Shown: piece after piece, positions 12,451 through 27,044 of the stretch
Layout of the letters: each line of letters begins with the position of its first letter
How positions within the stretch are numbered: position 1 is the stretch's first letter
Assembly: GCA_965153455.1 (NCBI GenBank)
Contig: OZ234494.1
Span: 1,364,001-1,428,000, forward strand
Length of the DNA: 64,000 nt
DNA from: Sphagnum compactum
Lineage: Eukaryota
Direction of reading: 5' to 3'
The notes under the pieces: model-generated
Database searches by the model: none
What the model saw: only the letters and a program-made list of their open reading frames with translations
Told to the model about the DNA's origin: nothing
Translations under genes and position numbers: made by a program

Positions 12451-14954
12451 AAGAGAATCTGTTAAACCGGCAAATAAAAGTGGCCAAATTTGGAATCGGT
12501 AAACAATTTTTTGGTCATGTTGTGGTGTTCACATGTGTTCTCAATGCCTTCATTGTGATATTTTCTTGAAAGAAAAAATATCTCTTGCACATTAGAGTTA
12601 TCCGTAAAGTAAGGAAAAACACAGCACCAGAACCCTGAGTTTGGTCATACAGGGGGTGAGATTAACCCTAAACCTGCACAAAAGTACATTAGCATTCAAC
12701 GGGGGATGAAACTCAGAAAACCATCAATTTTGGGTGGTAAACTGAGTTTCATCCTGTCTTTCCTTTTTCCTGAGCGCCTCCACTGTTGTTGCTGCTCCAT
12801 ATATTTTCACTGCTGCTAACTGTACAACTACTATAATTAGTCTCAAGCCTTGTGCATTGAATGCTGGGTATCAGCATTTCATACTGAGATTTATTAAAAT
12901 GTCTTTTTACTTTGCAGATACCACTGAAAGAGGGGATAGTGGGTGAAAGGAGGCCCAAGACAGGGTGAAGACAGGGTTACTTTACAAATAACTCTATTAT
13001 GTCTAAAATTTATGAAATCACTTGCATAAAATGCTAATCAGCGAGCACTTTCCAAAAATATACCAAAATTGCACCCAACTTTGTTTTTTTTAATTAATCT
13101 TGATTTAATGAGAGTTTCAATAACAAAATTGTTTAATATTTTATAACTATCGTGCAATAGGTTAAACATCACAAAACCACATTAGTGCCCCATCATTCAT
13201 TGAGGACTAATACCAACATAGACTATCGATTTTGAATTCTAAACCCTCAAACCAATTGGTCTAGTTGTTATTGTACCTCAAACTCATGTTTGGCATTTTG
13301 TGCCGAAATAACTTTTTTTGAAAAAAAACAGGTTTGGCACTTGAGTTTGTAATTTTTTTATTTTTTCATTTTTTTATTTTTTGTAAAATTATTTTGACAA
13401 GATGAATGAAACATCACAATTCTTGAAACGGTTAAGAATACATCCAATCTTGAAAAATGCATGTTCTTTTTAATCTTTCTTTGTGTATTTCTTTTTGTTT
13501 TTCAAAGTGTTTTGTTTGTGTGCAAGGAATAGGTGCTTTCAAGTTTTATAAATATTGTAATGCTAGAAGTGAAAGCTTCACTAGGTAATAGATTCTTACA
13601 ATGACATTTTATTTGATTTGTTATAATTTTTCATTTACAAACTGTTAACGACAAAAATTATGTCCCCCAATCATTATCATCCTACAAGGGTGAGCCAAGT
13701 GACAAGGTTGACACCTTATCACTTCACGTAAAGAACTACCCTCTCTATCATATTTTATTACAACTACTCAAATAAGAAGTAAGAGGTCATACACACAATA
13801 AAGAAGATACGCGTATGTTGTCCACGACCCGACCTACCTCCCTATAAGTAATTTCAATTGGGAATAGAACATAAGGGAAGAAGCAATAAGAGAAAGGGGA
13901 AAAAAACCCAGGAATAATTACTCTCCCTGGTTTTATAGTACCTTCAACACCCCTAGGATATTACCTAGAGGATTTTCAAACCCTTTTACCACTACGGTCC
14001 CTCCTTTTCCTTACATGTTGAGTTTCTAGCGGCTCTGTTTGTCACCTTCAACTTTTGAGAAGTCCTTCTTTCGGTTTGTACCTTTTACAACCAGTTATTT
14101 TCCCTCTAAGTTTTTGCCTTTTGCTTACAGCAGTACCTTCCAGCTTGCAAAGGGTAACTTGTTGGTTTGTTCCCTCTCTAATTCCCACCACCAAAGACTG
14201 GTTGTTACCCTCTTATGGCAACTAGTAGCTTTGTGCTCTTGGGGCTACCCATGGGTAGCCCCATTACCCTTGTCTTTAAAAAAATGCAAAGATACCAACT
14301 CCAAAAAATATCCTACTTACATAACATGTCCTACTCTACCTTCAACACTTAGTATAATAACAATGCAACACAAGGGACTCGAGTCCTTCAACCATTTTCC
14401 ATTAAAATCATATACCAAGTACGTACATCTTTCTCCATTCCTCACCCCACTTTCAAAAGAAAAGAGTTCTCCATATCCCACACAAATCTTTAATGAATTT
14501 CCTCATCCTTTCCCACTTCCTCTATCCCCCTTCCCCCACATACCACATACAAGACCCACATTGACCCCTAAAAAATATGGCTCTTATCATAATCCCTTCA
14601 TATAAATTGCTTAGATGATTGGGTGAATTACCACCAACCACTCACTAATTCGAGCTACCTAGTCCCACTAGCTTCACCCCTTGGGTAAAGGACGTAAGTC
14701 TACCACTAGTAATTAATAGTCATTATGAGACTTATAGAACTAAATAGTATAGAGATTTTTACCCATTAACACATACATACCTGAACTTGCACATTTTTCT
14801 AATATGTGTCCATAGTGTAAGAATCATCATACTTGCATCTTAAAGATACCATGTGCATCTTAATGTAGATTTGAGATAGGTAGGTATCATACATGTGCAA
14901 AGCAAACAGCAACAACCAAACAACAAAAAATGATAAATTCTATGTTTTGTAGAA

Positions 14955-16640
14955 TGGACAAAGAAGAGAGGTTGTTAGTTGTAGCACAAGAAGTCCAAGC
15001 CCTTTTTAAAGACATGCAATCACAAATTCAAGAGTAGGAGATAATACCCCCACCTTTCAAAAGACCTATTGGAAGGCCACAAAAACTAATGGAAACAACA
15101 TTGATTTCAAAAAGGGAATTAAGAAAGAGACCGTTGATGATGTAAACAATTCAAAATCAACAAAGAAAAGGAAAAGAGGTGCTTACACAAATTGGTTTGC
15201 ACCACACCTTTGGCCTTTGATTCTTGTAGTTGTGAAAAAACATGGTGATTTCATAAGTGTGATCCACTACCTAAAGACATTTCATAGAAAGCCAAAAGAA
15301 GTTAGTGGTCCATATGAGAAGTTGAGTAGAGGGTCTTTGTATGAGTGGTTCACCCCAAGAGGGGAACTAAAACCACATATGAAAATTGTTGTAGAGAAAG
15401 GGACAATTTCCATTGCTGCAAAAAAACATTTTTTAATTTTTGAAATAAGACCAGAATTGAAAAATGAGTTGATTATCTTATTGAAAAACATGAATGTTGT
15501 TGGACAACGTCTTTTTACACCTATTATACAACCAATCATTAGAGGGATCTTTGAAAGTAAAGCACTTGAACTCTTAAAAGACTAGGCTTTAAAGTCTTTT
15601 AAAAGAGGATGAAAAATTTCATGAGGAAACACTTGAATTGGTCTTACTGAATACCCACAACAATTGCAGGGAAACTACCATCAACATGGGAGCAAAAAGG
15701 GACATTCATGGCACATTGAGTTATTTACCTTGTCAAAATGTACAACATAACCCCATGCTTGGTTGTCAACACAAATCAAATTGGAATTCACTTTGTACCT
15801 ATTGGAGGGGATCGAACATGGGAAAGAAAAGGAACCAAACACATACAAGTTTTAGGGATAGAAGACAAAAGACAAATTACAACAGGTGTATCATCTTCAA
15901 CAAATGGGTCAATGCTACCTTTGCAAGTTGTGTTCTAAACCACAACAAGTCAAATGCTCTCACCCATGAATGAAGGAAGAAAAAATTGTCTTTCAAATGA
16001 CTTTCATCTTACCTATAGCTCCAATCACTAGTCTAATTTGGAAACCATCAAAAGTTTGTTGAACACAACCTTATGCCCTCTCAAAAAATTCAAGTGGAAA
16101 AACTTGCATTATTAAAAGAGTAAAAGATGGTTTGGCCAATTAATTGCTGGTCAATTCATAAAAGCAAAAAAAATTGGATTGAATGAAGTTGAAGTTTCCA
16201 AAAGTGTGTATCATCTTCATTCTAAAAAATTGCATTGGCATACTTCAATTGTTAATGTCATCCTCCACCACCCATTCAAACATGTGTTTAAGAAAAAATT
16301 CATTATTGGACCTCAACAATCAAAAGCCAACTAGAAAAAGGTGAAAATCCTAAAGTTGACTTCATGTCAATTATGAAACCAAACCTGTGTGCATGGTTGT
16401 TTCATGTATGGATTCATGTGAAAAACATGAATGAATTGATTTGCAAAGGTTGGGAAAAAACAAGACTATTAAAAAACTTCAACATGCAATTTCAGCTTGA
16501 AGCTATGAAGGTCAATGTTATTACACCTCTCTTTTCAATTACTTTTAATTCAGAATTTATACAACACAAAGAGGAAGTCGATGACATAGATTCAAAGGAT
16601 TCCACTCTTGAAATCATGCAGAACTGTTTGAATGTTTAGA
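14955..16640 (+). mobile_element. Decayed pogo/Tc1-mariner-superfamily (DDE_1, CENP-B-like) transposase pseudogene
   Basis: Fragments across frames with stops and frameshifts: KRPIGRP, RKHLNWSY*IPTTIAGKLP, LVVNTNQIGIHFVPIGGDRTWERKGTKHIQVLGIEDKRQIT...GSMLPLQVVF, HLTYSSNH*SNLET, INCWSIHKS, HHPFKH, LCAWLFHVW...GWEKT. The order matches pogo-like DDE_1 transposases. TIRs not identified. Confidence 0.8.
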
Positions 16641-19604
16641 TTACTAAAACTATTTGATCGTAGGATCTTCAAATCCTCCTTAGATTTGAGCATGAGAAAT
16701 GGAATATGATATGTGACAAAATCTGACCTTCATATATTAACATATAGGACCATATGTTGGACAAAAAAGTCATCATGGACCTACGAGTTGTGCACTTTTT
16801 GCTAATGTTGAAAAAATTATTCTAATCATCAACGTCATATGCGTCGTCATTGCCTTCATCATTCTCATGGGCTTTTGTTTCATTTGGTTTTTCACCAACT
16901 TTACTTTGATACTAGTTACATCTATCATTGACAACAATGATGGATTGTTGAAACCTATTTTCAAACTTTTCATTGAATCTCCTTAAGACAAGCCTTGTGA
17001 AACACTTGGGCTAAATATAGGAGTAGCATAATCTGATGCTCCTCAGACTTGTCACCAAGTGATACAAAGTACACTACACACTAATCAATCCATTTTGTAA
17101 ACTCTTTGGAAAATCTTAGAAGACAAACCTTTGTCCTCCTCAATCAACACCTTTCTGTTGATATTGAAATAGGCAAGTTCATCTCAAGTTGTGCAACACA
17201 ACAAATCCAAGACATACCCTTCTTTTGAACTTGAAGTGGGTTCATTTGTTTCTAATGTTTGTTCACTATCCACTTTTCTCATTACACAAAAATTGCTTAA
17301 GTATAGATTGTTGCCACCACTATCCATCTTGGCCAATGCCACCTTCCAAAGACCATAGTTTTTCACATTATTTAATCATTAGTAATCATTTTTCCCTTCC
17401 AAAAAAAGCACACCACTAAGTATCACTTTTTCATCCTTGTAAGAGATGAAGTGTGCATTAAGATCCAAGGTGGGTAGGATCAATGCTTGTTTGTTGTATA
17501 TTGGCAAAATGGTAGCTTATGAGAATGGCAGATTCTCATATTTTTCATCCATTGCATAAACTAATAGCAACTTCATTACTACCAACTCCTTAACTTGATC
17601 CCCACAAAGATGATAACCTTTCTCTCTCTCTCTCTATATATATGGGTCATCAAATTTCATTCTTAGCCATCATGCCTCTCATATCTAATATCTAATAAGC
17701 TAGACATGGATTTAATAAGTTAAAGAGGTTACAAAGCCCATTCATCTATGATGGTGTTCCTTCTTGGAAGCTTTGATTTGATGTTGTAACTTGTAAGCCT
17801 TGTAACACTTGGTGTCCATACACAAAGTGGAAAGATACTCATGCATTCCTTTTCTTCTTTGTGTTCAACTGCCTGTATAGAGCTTGAAGGAAGGATGTGA
17901 GAAATTTTACCTAAGTATCTCTTTATGGGGAAGGGAAAAAGAAATCCCTCTAACTGGATAACAGTTTTTTTTTTTTCCCAATTTTGTGAGGAAGATGATC
18001 ATGGATAAGAGGATTTAGCCAAATTTGGCTACAGGCTAGAGCCAAGCCAATTGTCTAAACCTGGGCAATTCCAAAAGGATGCATTAACTTTTCCTGTTGG
18101 AAAGTCCTTCCTTTTATCTCAAGACACTTGGTCCATTTTCACCAAGTAATAGATAGATAGGTCATGAGTTGATCAAAATGGGCTTTTGGGTGGAAGCATA
18201 TATGATTGAATACCAAAAAAATCATCCCATAACAACAATTTTCCATAGTGTTCCCACAAAGTATGAAACACAAATAAAATATGCAAAAAAAATGTGGGCG
18301 AAAGAATAATAAGAGAACTCCACAATAAGAAAAATGTGGGCGAACCTTCTTCAAACCCATTTGTACTTAGATTTGGATGTGATCGTTTGATCTTTGTATC
18401 GTATCTTTTTGTGTCAACAAATGTTCAGTTGAATATTTAACCCAATACATCATGTTATAGTATAAAATTTAAATGTTCCAAAAATTTAAAACATCCTTTA
18501 AAAAAAAAAGAGAATGAATGTATGCAATATGATTATGTAATTTCACAATTGTTTTGTTGCAACCTTAGCTTTCAACTAGGTTGAAAAAACGAGAATTGGG
18601 TTGGGAGCAAGGCTAAGGCATGAAATGAGTCAAAGCAAGTGAAACGCATTTCCAAACCTAATATTAAGGAATGGATCAAGCCTTGCAAGGCAAGAACGCC
18701 ATTCCATTAGGTGACAACTGGTTGTACAAGGGCCCCGTCCATAGCATAACCGGTGTTCCCGACCATCGATTCACTTCACTATAGTGTTGCCCTCCCTTCG
18801 ATTCATATCACAAATGGAACTCACGTGACCAAAAGTGGAACTAGTAGCAGATGACCACCTTATTCCACATAGGGAAAAACCCTAAAGAGTATCCGAATAA
18901 GACACCAAAACCAAGTTCCGTACCCAAAGCATTTGCCCATTGCCTTTTTAGATGGGTAATTAAAAAAAAATCTTCAGGTTTTGGCCCCCACTTGTGTACA
19001 CCTCGGGTCTAATAACAAACCAAACACACCATGAGTAGTTCTATTTCAAGGAGGTGGGATTTTAAGTGATACTATAATCGTGCATTCACACTAGATGTTA
19101 AATCAATGTTAAATGTAAACCTAGGTAGCATCCTAGGTGGCACCCAATGTTAAATGGCCCGATAGCTTAATGTTAAGTGAATGTTAGTTTAACATAAAAT
19201 CTTCATGATAAGTAAGTTTGAAGCCTTAAATGACTAGTATGGTGATGATAAGGGACTCAACATGAGAGTCCTTAACACCAAGTGTGAACGCACCTTAAGT
19301 ATAATCACAATTCAAGTTACTGACACTGACATCTCCAAAAGTGGAACCCAAAATTTCTTTACCCGTAAAATAAAAAAAATAAAATAATTTTAAAAAAAGT
19401 TTTAAAAAAGAAAAAAGAAAAAAGAAAAAAGCATCAGAATAGGACCCGAAACCAGTTAGGATCACAAGACAAGAAAAGCTGATGCTATTCGAGTGCAAAA
19501 TCCAATGGAAATGTCATGATAGAGATTTTATACTTCATTCTTTCCATACTCAATGTGAATCCTGAATACCCCACCTCCCCCTCCCCAAGATGGGTTAGGT
19601 TAGG

Positions 19605-20001
19605 TTAGATTCGGTATAAATACAATAAATACGGTCTAAGTTATTCATGTTCTACTTCTTTTGTTCACATGGTTGTCAAAAGATGGGGATTTCTTAGATT
19701 GGTTATAAATACAATAAATATGGTCCAAGTTATTCATGTTCTACTTCTTTTGTTGACATGGTTCTCAAAAGATGAGGATTTCTTAGATTGGGTATAAATA
19801 CAATAATACGGTGTCTAAGTTATTCATGTTCTACTCCTTTTGTTAATTCATGGTTGTCAAAAGATGGGGATTTCTTAGATTTGGTATAAATACAATAAAT
19901 ATGGTCTAAGTTATTCATGTTCTACTCCTTTTGTTAACATGGTTCTCATAAGATGGGGATTTGTTAGATTGGGTATAAATACAAAATAATTATGGTCTAA
20001 G
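19605..20001. repeat. Tandem minisatellite, ~89-bp unit, ~4.4 copies
   Basis: Unit ttagatt(c/g)ggtataaatacaataaatacggtctaagttattcatgttctact...gatggggatttc starts at 19605, 19694, 19783, 19875 and 19964. Confidence 0.95.
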
Positions 20002-21694
20002 TAAGGTTTGGAGAGCACTTAGTTGTTGAAGGATGTATAACGGAATCTAAATTAGTTCTAATTGGAGTTGAAAAGAAGTTGGCAAATGGATTGTTGTAAA
20101 TTTCGTGCTTTTGTGGCCCCACTAGGGACCTTGATCATTCAAGCTCAAGGTCCCAGAGAATTGATTCGGATGTCTTGGATTAGAGTGATTTTTAAAAAAC
20201 TTAAGCCAGATAGACCCTACATTGGGAAATCCAGCACAATTTTCAGTCAACTCTGAACTTCTTCAGCTGCCGATTATCTAACTAACCCACCAAGTGCACC
20301 ATCCATTGGAATCCATTTATGACTCCCTCCGTTGTAGTTGACCCACCCACGAAGCATGTTACCATTTCATCAATCTTTCTACATCCAACTCCGCACTACC
20401 GAGGTAAATATCCAAGTAAAAATATCTTGGGTAATGGGTTAGTATAATATTACTAAATAGGTAGGGAATGAAAGTGATTATTATTGTGTAGGTATGTATG
20501 TAAATAACTAAATGCACTTGGTAGTTACTACATAGGTAGAGACACATGTGAATGGTTAGTACATAGCTAACCACAATTAATTAATTACAATTGTGGTTAG
20601 CTATAGGATAGAAATACAACCAAAAAGTGTTTCCCGTTCACACACCATCCATCTTCCAGGGGTTGTGCACTGGTGTGTGCTGGTTGATTCTTACCATTGG
20701 CTTCACCTTTGTAAACTAGCTAACAAAAACAAGCAGCTGATTGCATAAGTAATATCTCATTGACAAGTTTTAACAAAATCACGAGTGAAATGATCGAAAT
20801 CACTCACTCACGAGAAAGAAAACACACGCGGTAACATATAATAACCCAACTATGTAAAACTATGATGAAACTATGTAAACATGGCACGGTATAACCCAAG
20901 ATGAATTTGATGAAGAAATGTAAAGAAAAGGGCAGCTGCTAGGTCTCCTCCAATGTCAGTTGCAGATTGGATTGCAGTTGAAGCCAAAATTGTATCCCAA
21001 TTTCCCAAATATGCAAAGTCTCTTTCCCTCTCTGGGCAAAGCCATCCAACAAAAACAACTCACTCACAAAGTACTTACCTACTCTGACAATCCAATTTTG
21101 ACTCCCAAACTGACTGACAGAAGAGGAGAGGAGAGGAGAGAACCTGGGGAGTGGCCAAAAGATCTTCTCCAAAGTACAACTTTGGCTATGATGATTGCCT
21201 ACTACTACTCTTTTTAAGAGCAGCAAAAGGTAGAAGTGGCATGCAAGCAAAATATGTTGTACATTTGTACATTGCTTATGGTTCTGAATGAATGAATGAA
21301 TATCCTAGTCTTTCTCTGAATTCATTAATGAGCCGAATAGCAGCTTGGACTCTAGAGAAGGCAGCCTAGAAAGGACCAAGGAACATGTATATGTCATCAC
21401 ATGTTGGTGACATGTTGTTGGAGGTCAGCTTTTGGTACTTGTGAATGAATGAATGAATACACTGTGCTTGGTAGAAGACATGGATTTAGAAACCAAAGTA
21501 ATGAGGACACTCAAGGCTATTCTATTCTATGCATGGCCTCCTTACTAGAGGAGTGGTGGTGTTCAAAACATGGTGGTGGGAAACTACCATTGTTGTGTCG
21601 GGGTGGGTATCAACTTTTCTAATACCATCTTGGTCCCGGTATTAGGGTCTAAGGCTGATTTTTGACTGATGCGTGACAAGTATATATCCACAAA

Positions 21695-21815
21695 CAATAT
21701 TGAGAACACCCTTGGGGAACGCATTGGGAACCTAGGGAAGATATTGGGAGCCTGATGGGAACCCATTGGGAAATTTTGAAGGGAACATGTTGGGAACACA
21801 AAGGAAAAATGAAAA
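21695..21815. repeat. gggaac-rich dispersed repeat; related copies ~11860-12005 and inverted ~23565-23700
   Basis: Clustered (t)tgggaac / gttccca motifs at three loci. Confidence 0.5.
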
Positions 21816-24800
21816 AAAACTCCTGATGCAAGCAAAAAAAGTGGCACTTGCGGATTGTGATATAGACTAAGCCTTCATTGATGAATCAAAATAAATTTGC
21901 TCACATTGTTTAGCTACAAAGTAGATGTGTTTCAATAGAATTATAATTCTAATGATAATAATCAATCAAAACTTACATGAACCAAAAATAGTCAGGGAGG
22001 AAGGGCTTAAAACCTTTTTATGTTTGTCTTTCTTTGGCTTGTGATATTGAAATGATAATATCAGGATATAGTAATTAGAAGTGTGGTGGACGTGAGCATG
22101 TGATTGTGTTCTAATGTGCCATGCATATGAACACAATCACATAATATTTACTATTGAATGCAGCTTTTGTATGTATGTTCACAATGTGTCTATACAACAA
22201 GCCAAAGTTTTGCTAAGTTTCCTTTGAAAACAACATTGAGGAATATGGCAAATCGTCTTACAAGGGACATCAAATATTCAATGAAACACGATTCCACAAT
22301 ATCAAATATAAAAAAACTTGATCATATCATTGTAACAATACTAATGGAGACAAGCTACTACAATGCATTCTATGATGATGTAACATGGATGAAACAATGT
22401 TGAATTTGCTATGCTTAAATTTGTAAAATTAAGGTTTGTCTACTATAAAAACTTAGGATCAAGCCTTGTGCAAATAGTCAAACACACAAATCATTAAGAT
22501 TTCTTTGGCGGTATGAGCTCGGGTTGTAAACACTAGCCATGCCCAAAGAAATTGTGGCCAACATAAGGTGCCTTTTGTGGCCAAATACTAAACCGAGGCG
22601 CTTAAGAAGCTTCCACCACGCTTTTTTTATGGAAAGTCAATCCAACAAAAGCCCCTCAAAGAATTGGGATTGAGATGGTTGGTTTGATTAATGAAAGATT
22701 AACCGTTAACCGCTAAAAAATTATCAACATGATTGTTAATGGGACCATGTGATTACACACTTCAACTCCAATGACTCAAAACAATCCTAGTGTTTCAAGA
22801 CAAATTCTAACAACATCCAATCATCTTGTACCTATAGCCCTCATGTAATTTGCAATGGGACCAACCCACAACCCCCCTCCACACACACACACACACACAC
22901 CTTTTCATGGTGTTCACATGCCATGTCTTATATTGGGCTTTCCGACAATGAAGAACACAAAAAAAAAAGTAATTTTTTTCAAGAGAGGCCTTTTCACTTA
23001 TCATCAATTAGTAAATAAATTTTCATACGAGCAGAGAAAATGGAACCGACCATACTCAATCTCCAGTTCCAATGCAACAACAGAGCCGCATAAGAATCTT
23101 TTTACTGCACAAAGTGATGATCAAGTTGTGTGTGAGTGACAAAGCCCAAGTAAAACAACAAAGGACCATATCATACCAATCATGAATTCAGTGGGGACCA
23201 TTCTACAACTAGTGATGTCACCACACGCCAACCCCCCATTTAGCCCTCGTTATGTGACTTTCCTACGAATGAACACACACGCGCACACACACACACACAC
23301 ACAATTGTATCGACTAAATTAATTAATTATTTAATTATTTAATTAACCGGTAAGCTGGGGACTGACAAAACACACTCACAACCACACCACCCATTGCAAC
23401 AAACACATTATATATAAGTAAAGAATTGGCAAGCTGGGTAGTATGTGATGCAGGCTAGCGCACTCACTCCGAGTACACTCATACTATTTTAGTCTATCTT
23501 TACTTACTTCATAAGCAAAGGAAGGCCATTCCCCAAAGAGAATCCCCACTTTTGAGAGTCAACTTTAATTGTTCCCAAGTTGTAGTTGTTCCCAAGTTTT
23601 GTGTTTTCACAATATCCTCGGTGGTTCCCATCTCATGTTTTTCATACCAGGCTTGAAAACCCAATTGCCATGCAATGTGTGAAAACCCAGTTCCCATGTT
23701 TTCATGCAAGGGCGTGGAAACACATACATACGGTAGCCTAGGGTCAGCTTTTTCTAAGTGTCAAATAAATAAATAAATAAATAAATAAATCTAGGATACT
23801 CTAAAATATTCTCTACTTTTGTGCAAAAATTTGTGTTTCTTGAAAGAAAGAAAAAAATTGGGAAATTCTCAACATTTTTGAAAATAATAATATAATTTTT
23901 CCAGAAGTTACCAAAGTAAAGTACTATTGCTACACTTCTTCTCAAGAGGCTAATCTCAAAAATCAGGTTCATGTTATTGTTGTGCCTTTGTAATTAAGTT
24001 CTTATTATGTGCTGTTTAGTTGCACTCGAGTTTTTATGACTTGAAGGAAAGTGCAATGATTCTTTTGCTTGAGCTACTGCCAATTCACTCGCTTGCTTGA
24101 TCCCTTCCCCACTGTGCATTGGATCCGTGTTCAGTTGTCATCTGCATAACAAATGCCCTAACCAAAAAGTTAAAGATCTTCTCCGAAGAAACTGGTGGGT
24201 AGATTGAGTTTTCTCACATGAAATCATCACATAGTTGAGCATCATCACTCTCTCTGATACAAGCAACAAGCATGACCGAAGAAGAATACTATGATATATT
24301 ACTATTCCAGAGTGCAATTTGCGGCGGCACGTGTAGTGGGAGGGCTGTGATAGTTGTTGGCTGGTTGGCTGGCTTTTTTTTGTATGTTGTCAGAGAGAAC
24401 AGGTGAAATGGAATCGAATCGTTCGAGCCACAAATTCCTCCGTGAACGCTCCCTCTCCCCTAAATAAAGAATCTAATAGATGAAGCTGCAAAGTCAAGCT
24501 CACGACAAGCAAAGGAATCAGCTAAGTAGTCAAGTCCTCAAGGAAGTGAAAAAAAATTTGCCAAACTACTGAAGGCCATAATTAGTTAGTTCTCTTTGCA
24601 TTCCTCCACAAAAGGAAAGGGGGTGGAGATCATGGATGATGGTGTGTTTAACCATTTTCTTTGTTGTTTTTGTCCCTTTCTTCCCATCATCCAAAATATC
24701 ATAACCAATTCTTCTACAAAACTTTGTTTTTTTGGAGTTTTGTGTGTGGAGATGATTGGTGTTCACCACAACCTTTTATCTTGTTGTTAGTGTTTGTAGT

Positions 24801-24976
24801 GGTTGGCTTCTTTCCATTATCCAAAATATGATCAATGGGGGAGGGGGGAGATCATGGAATGGATTTTATAAATTTTTGAAAATTTCTTCTTCTCATCATT
24901 GTTCCCTTTTCATTAGCCAACTTTTGATCAATGGGGGTAGATGAGGAGATGGGTTTTTTATTTAATTAAAAAAAAA

Positions 24977-25014
<38 letters not shown>

Positions 25015-27008
25015 TCATCATTGTTAACCCCTTTCCATTCCTCCATAATGGAGCATAATTGATTAAAGATGATAAAAGAAGGTTTTTATAAAAACTTTTT
25101 TCTTCTCTTCTTCTCATTGTTGGGTTGGTCCCTTTCCATTAATTAACCAAAGTAATTGAAGATTGTGATGGGTTACAAAAACACTTCATTTCTTATTCTT
25201 ATTGTTTCCCCTTCTTTCCATCTTCCAACTTATGATGAAAGGGACACAATGGAGGATTACAACAAAACTTTTTTTGTGTCTATTTTATCATTGTTGCCTC
25301 CCTTTCCCTCTTCCAAAATATGATGAAAGGGAAGTAAAATGTCAGGTTACAAAACCCCTTTTTTCTTCTTCTTCTTTATATTTATCATTGTTAGGCTACT
25401 ACCTCTCTTTCCATCTTCCAAAATATGATCAACCTATATTTTAATCATCAGGACAGGTACAAACAAAAGAGTGGGGAGCAAGGAAACAAATGCTACTACA
25501 AAAAGCTTCCAAAAGAAAAAAAAAAGACCAAAGGCACCCCACTCACCCTTAGATGTAGCTCCTTACCCCCCCCCCCTCCCACCACTAATAAAAGACCCTC
25601 CAAAAGCCATTATCACCAAAGAATTTTTTTTGTGAAAAAAAATAAAAATAAAAATCCTATATTAGGAAGTACCTGTATTAATTAGAAGAGCATGGGGTTT
25701 ACCTCAGTTTGTGAAGCAAGAAATAATCAAATAATAGTATATATTATTACACATATTATATTATTTCATATCACAAAATTGAAATGAAAGAAAAAAAAAG
25801 GTTTTTTAATTTTATTTTAAAATGGAAAAAAGTTTTTTAATTAATTAATTTTTAAAAAACCCTGCCTCAGAGACCATGAGATGAGCGGGTATAGGGGGAG
25901 CCATGTCAAGGCAAGGAATATGGGACAAAAAGGAAAGAAACCAAAGAAAGTCTTGTGGAGTGAGCACACGTTTAAGCTAGTGGAGTGAACAGTGTGATTT
26001 GATTTGTTTTTGTTGCTCTTGTTGCTCTTGTTGTTGTTGGGGGAGACTGCAACTTCGGAGAAAATGATAAGTCTCAAGGGGACTTGGGTTTCTTCTTTTC
26101 TTGCACATTCATCATCTTCTTCTTCATCATCTCCATCTTCTTCTCATCTCCTTCTTCCCTTTGATTAAGTGAGAAAGAAGAGATTTTTGTGTTCTTCTTG
26201 GGAAGCTTGTGAAGGTTGGTCTTTGTGGGATCTTTGTGGTGTTGTGGGGGAGGGAGGGAAGATCTTTGAAGCTTCAGCTTCTCTTCTAAAGGTTGCATCC
26301 TTCTTTCTTTCTTTTTTTTTTTTTTGTTTGGGGCCTTTCGGGGGGGGGGGTTTGCTGTTGTGTGGGGAGCTGGATTGGGTGGGTAAGGTACCTATGTTTC
26401 TTCAGTTTTGAGCTCCAACTGCTGTTGTTGTTTCAGTGCTGGCTGCTGTTGCTGCTGTTGGTGCAACTGGAAAGGATTTCCTCAACATTTTGGAAGTCTG
26501 TTGAGCAAACAAACTGTTGAGCAAGCTGTTGAGCTTCTTCCTCCACCAGTTTTGTTGCTGGCCATAAACCACCAGACACAATGCCTGAGGTGGGGATCTC
26601 TGTCCGTATGTCTGGCTGTCTGTCTGTCTGTGGTTGAACTTGAAGCGCTCTCTTTCTTTTTATTTGGGTTGTTGTGGATTTTACATGATGGTTTGATCTG
26701 ATACTTAGAACAAAAAGCAAGAACAAGAACAAGTTGAAGAAGGATCGGTCAAGCTCTGTATTTTGCTCTATTTGGAATGGGAAGTTCCTTTGCCGTGCCC
26801 CAGTATCTTATTTTCTTTTTGTTCTCTTGTTTCTTCTTTAGACTTTGTACCTTGAACGTGTTTCAGAAGTTACATCTTGCCTGCAATCCCGAGAGAAAGT
26901 CGGACCAGGATTAGATACAAACACAGATGGGTTTTTCAAGAGGGATGTTTTTTTATTATTCTTGAGAACAAAGTTGATTGTGCTTTTTGGAGCATGAATT
27001 TTTCTATG

Positions 27009-27011
<3 letters not shown>

Positions 27012-27042
<31 letters not shown>
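27012..27042. repeat. (GA)n microsatellite; similar tracts at ~11925, 35887, 50116 and 57637, with (CA)n at ~22880, 23280 and 39977
   Basis: Directly visible; several sit in 5' regions of genes. Confidence 0.95.

Positions 27043-27044
<2 letters not shown>

Noticed and set aside
13680-14700. 188-aa ORF (14039-14605) and a possible retroelement relic
   Set aside because: Non-ATG start and no RT, integrase or gag motifs recognisable. Probably a decayed repeat that I cannot classify.
16770-17900. Minus-strand protein-like fragments (e.g. KVALAKMDSGGNNLYLSNF)
   Set aside because: Too decayed to assign to any family.
19605-20001. CRISPR-like appearance of regular repeats (also 49455-49800 and 57829-58500)
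   Set aside because: Whole units repeat with no unique spacers, there are no cas genes, and the context is eukaryotic.
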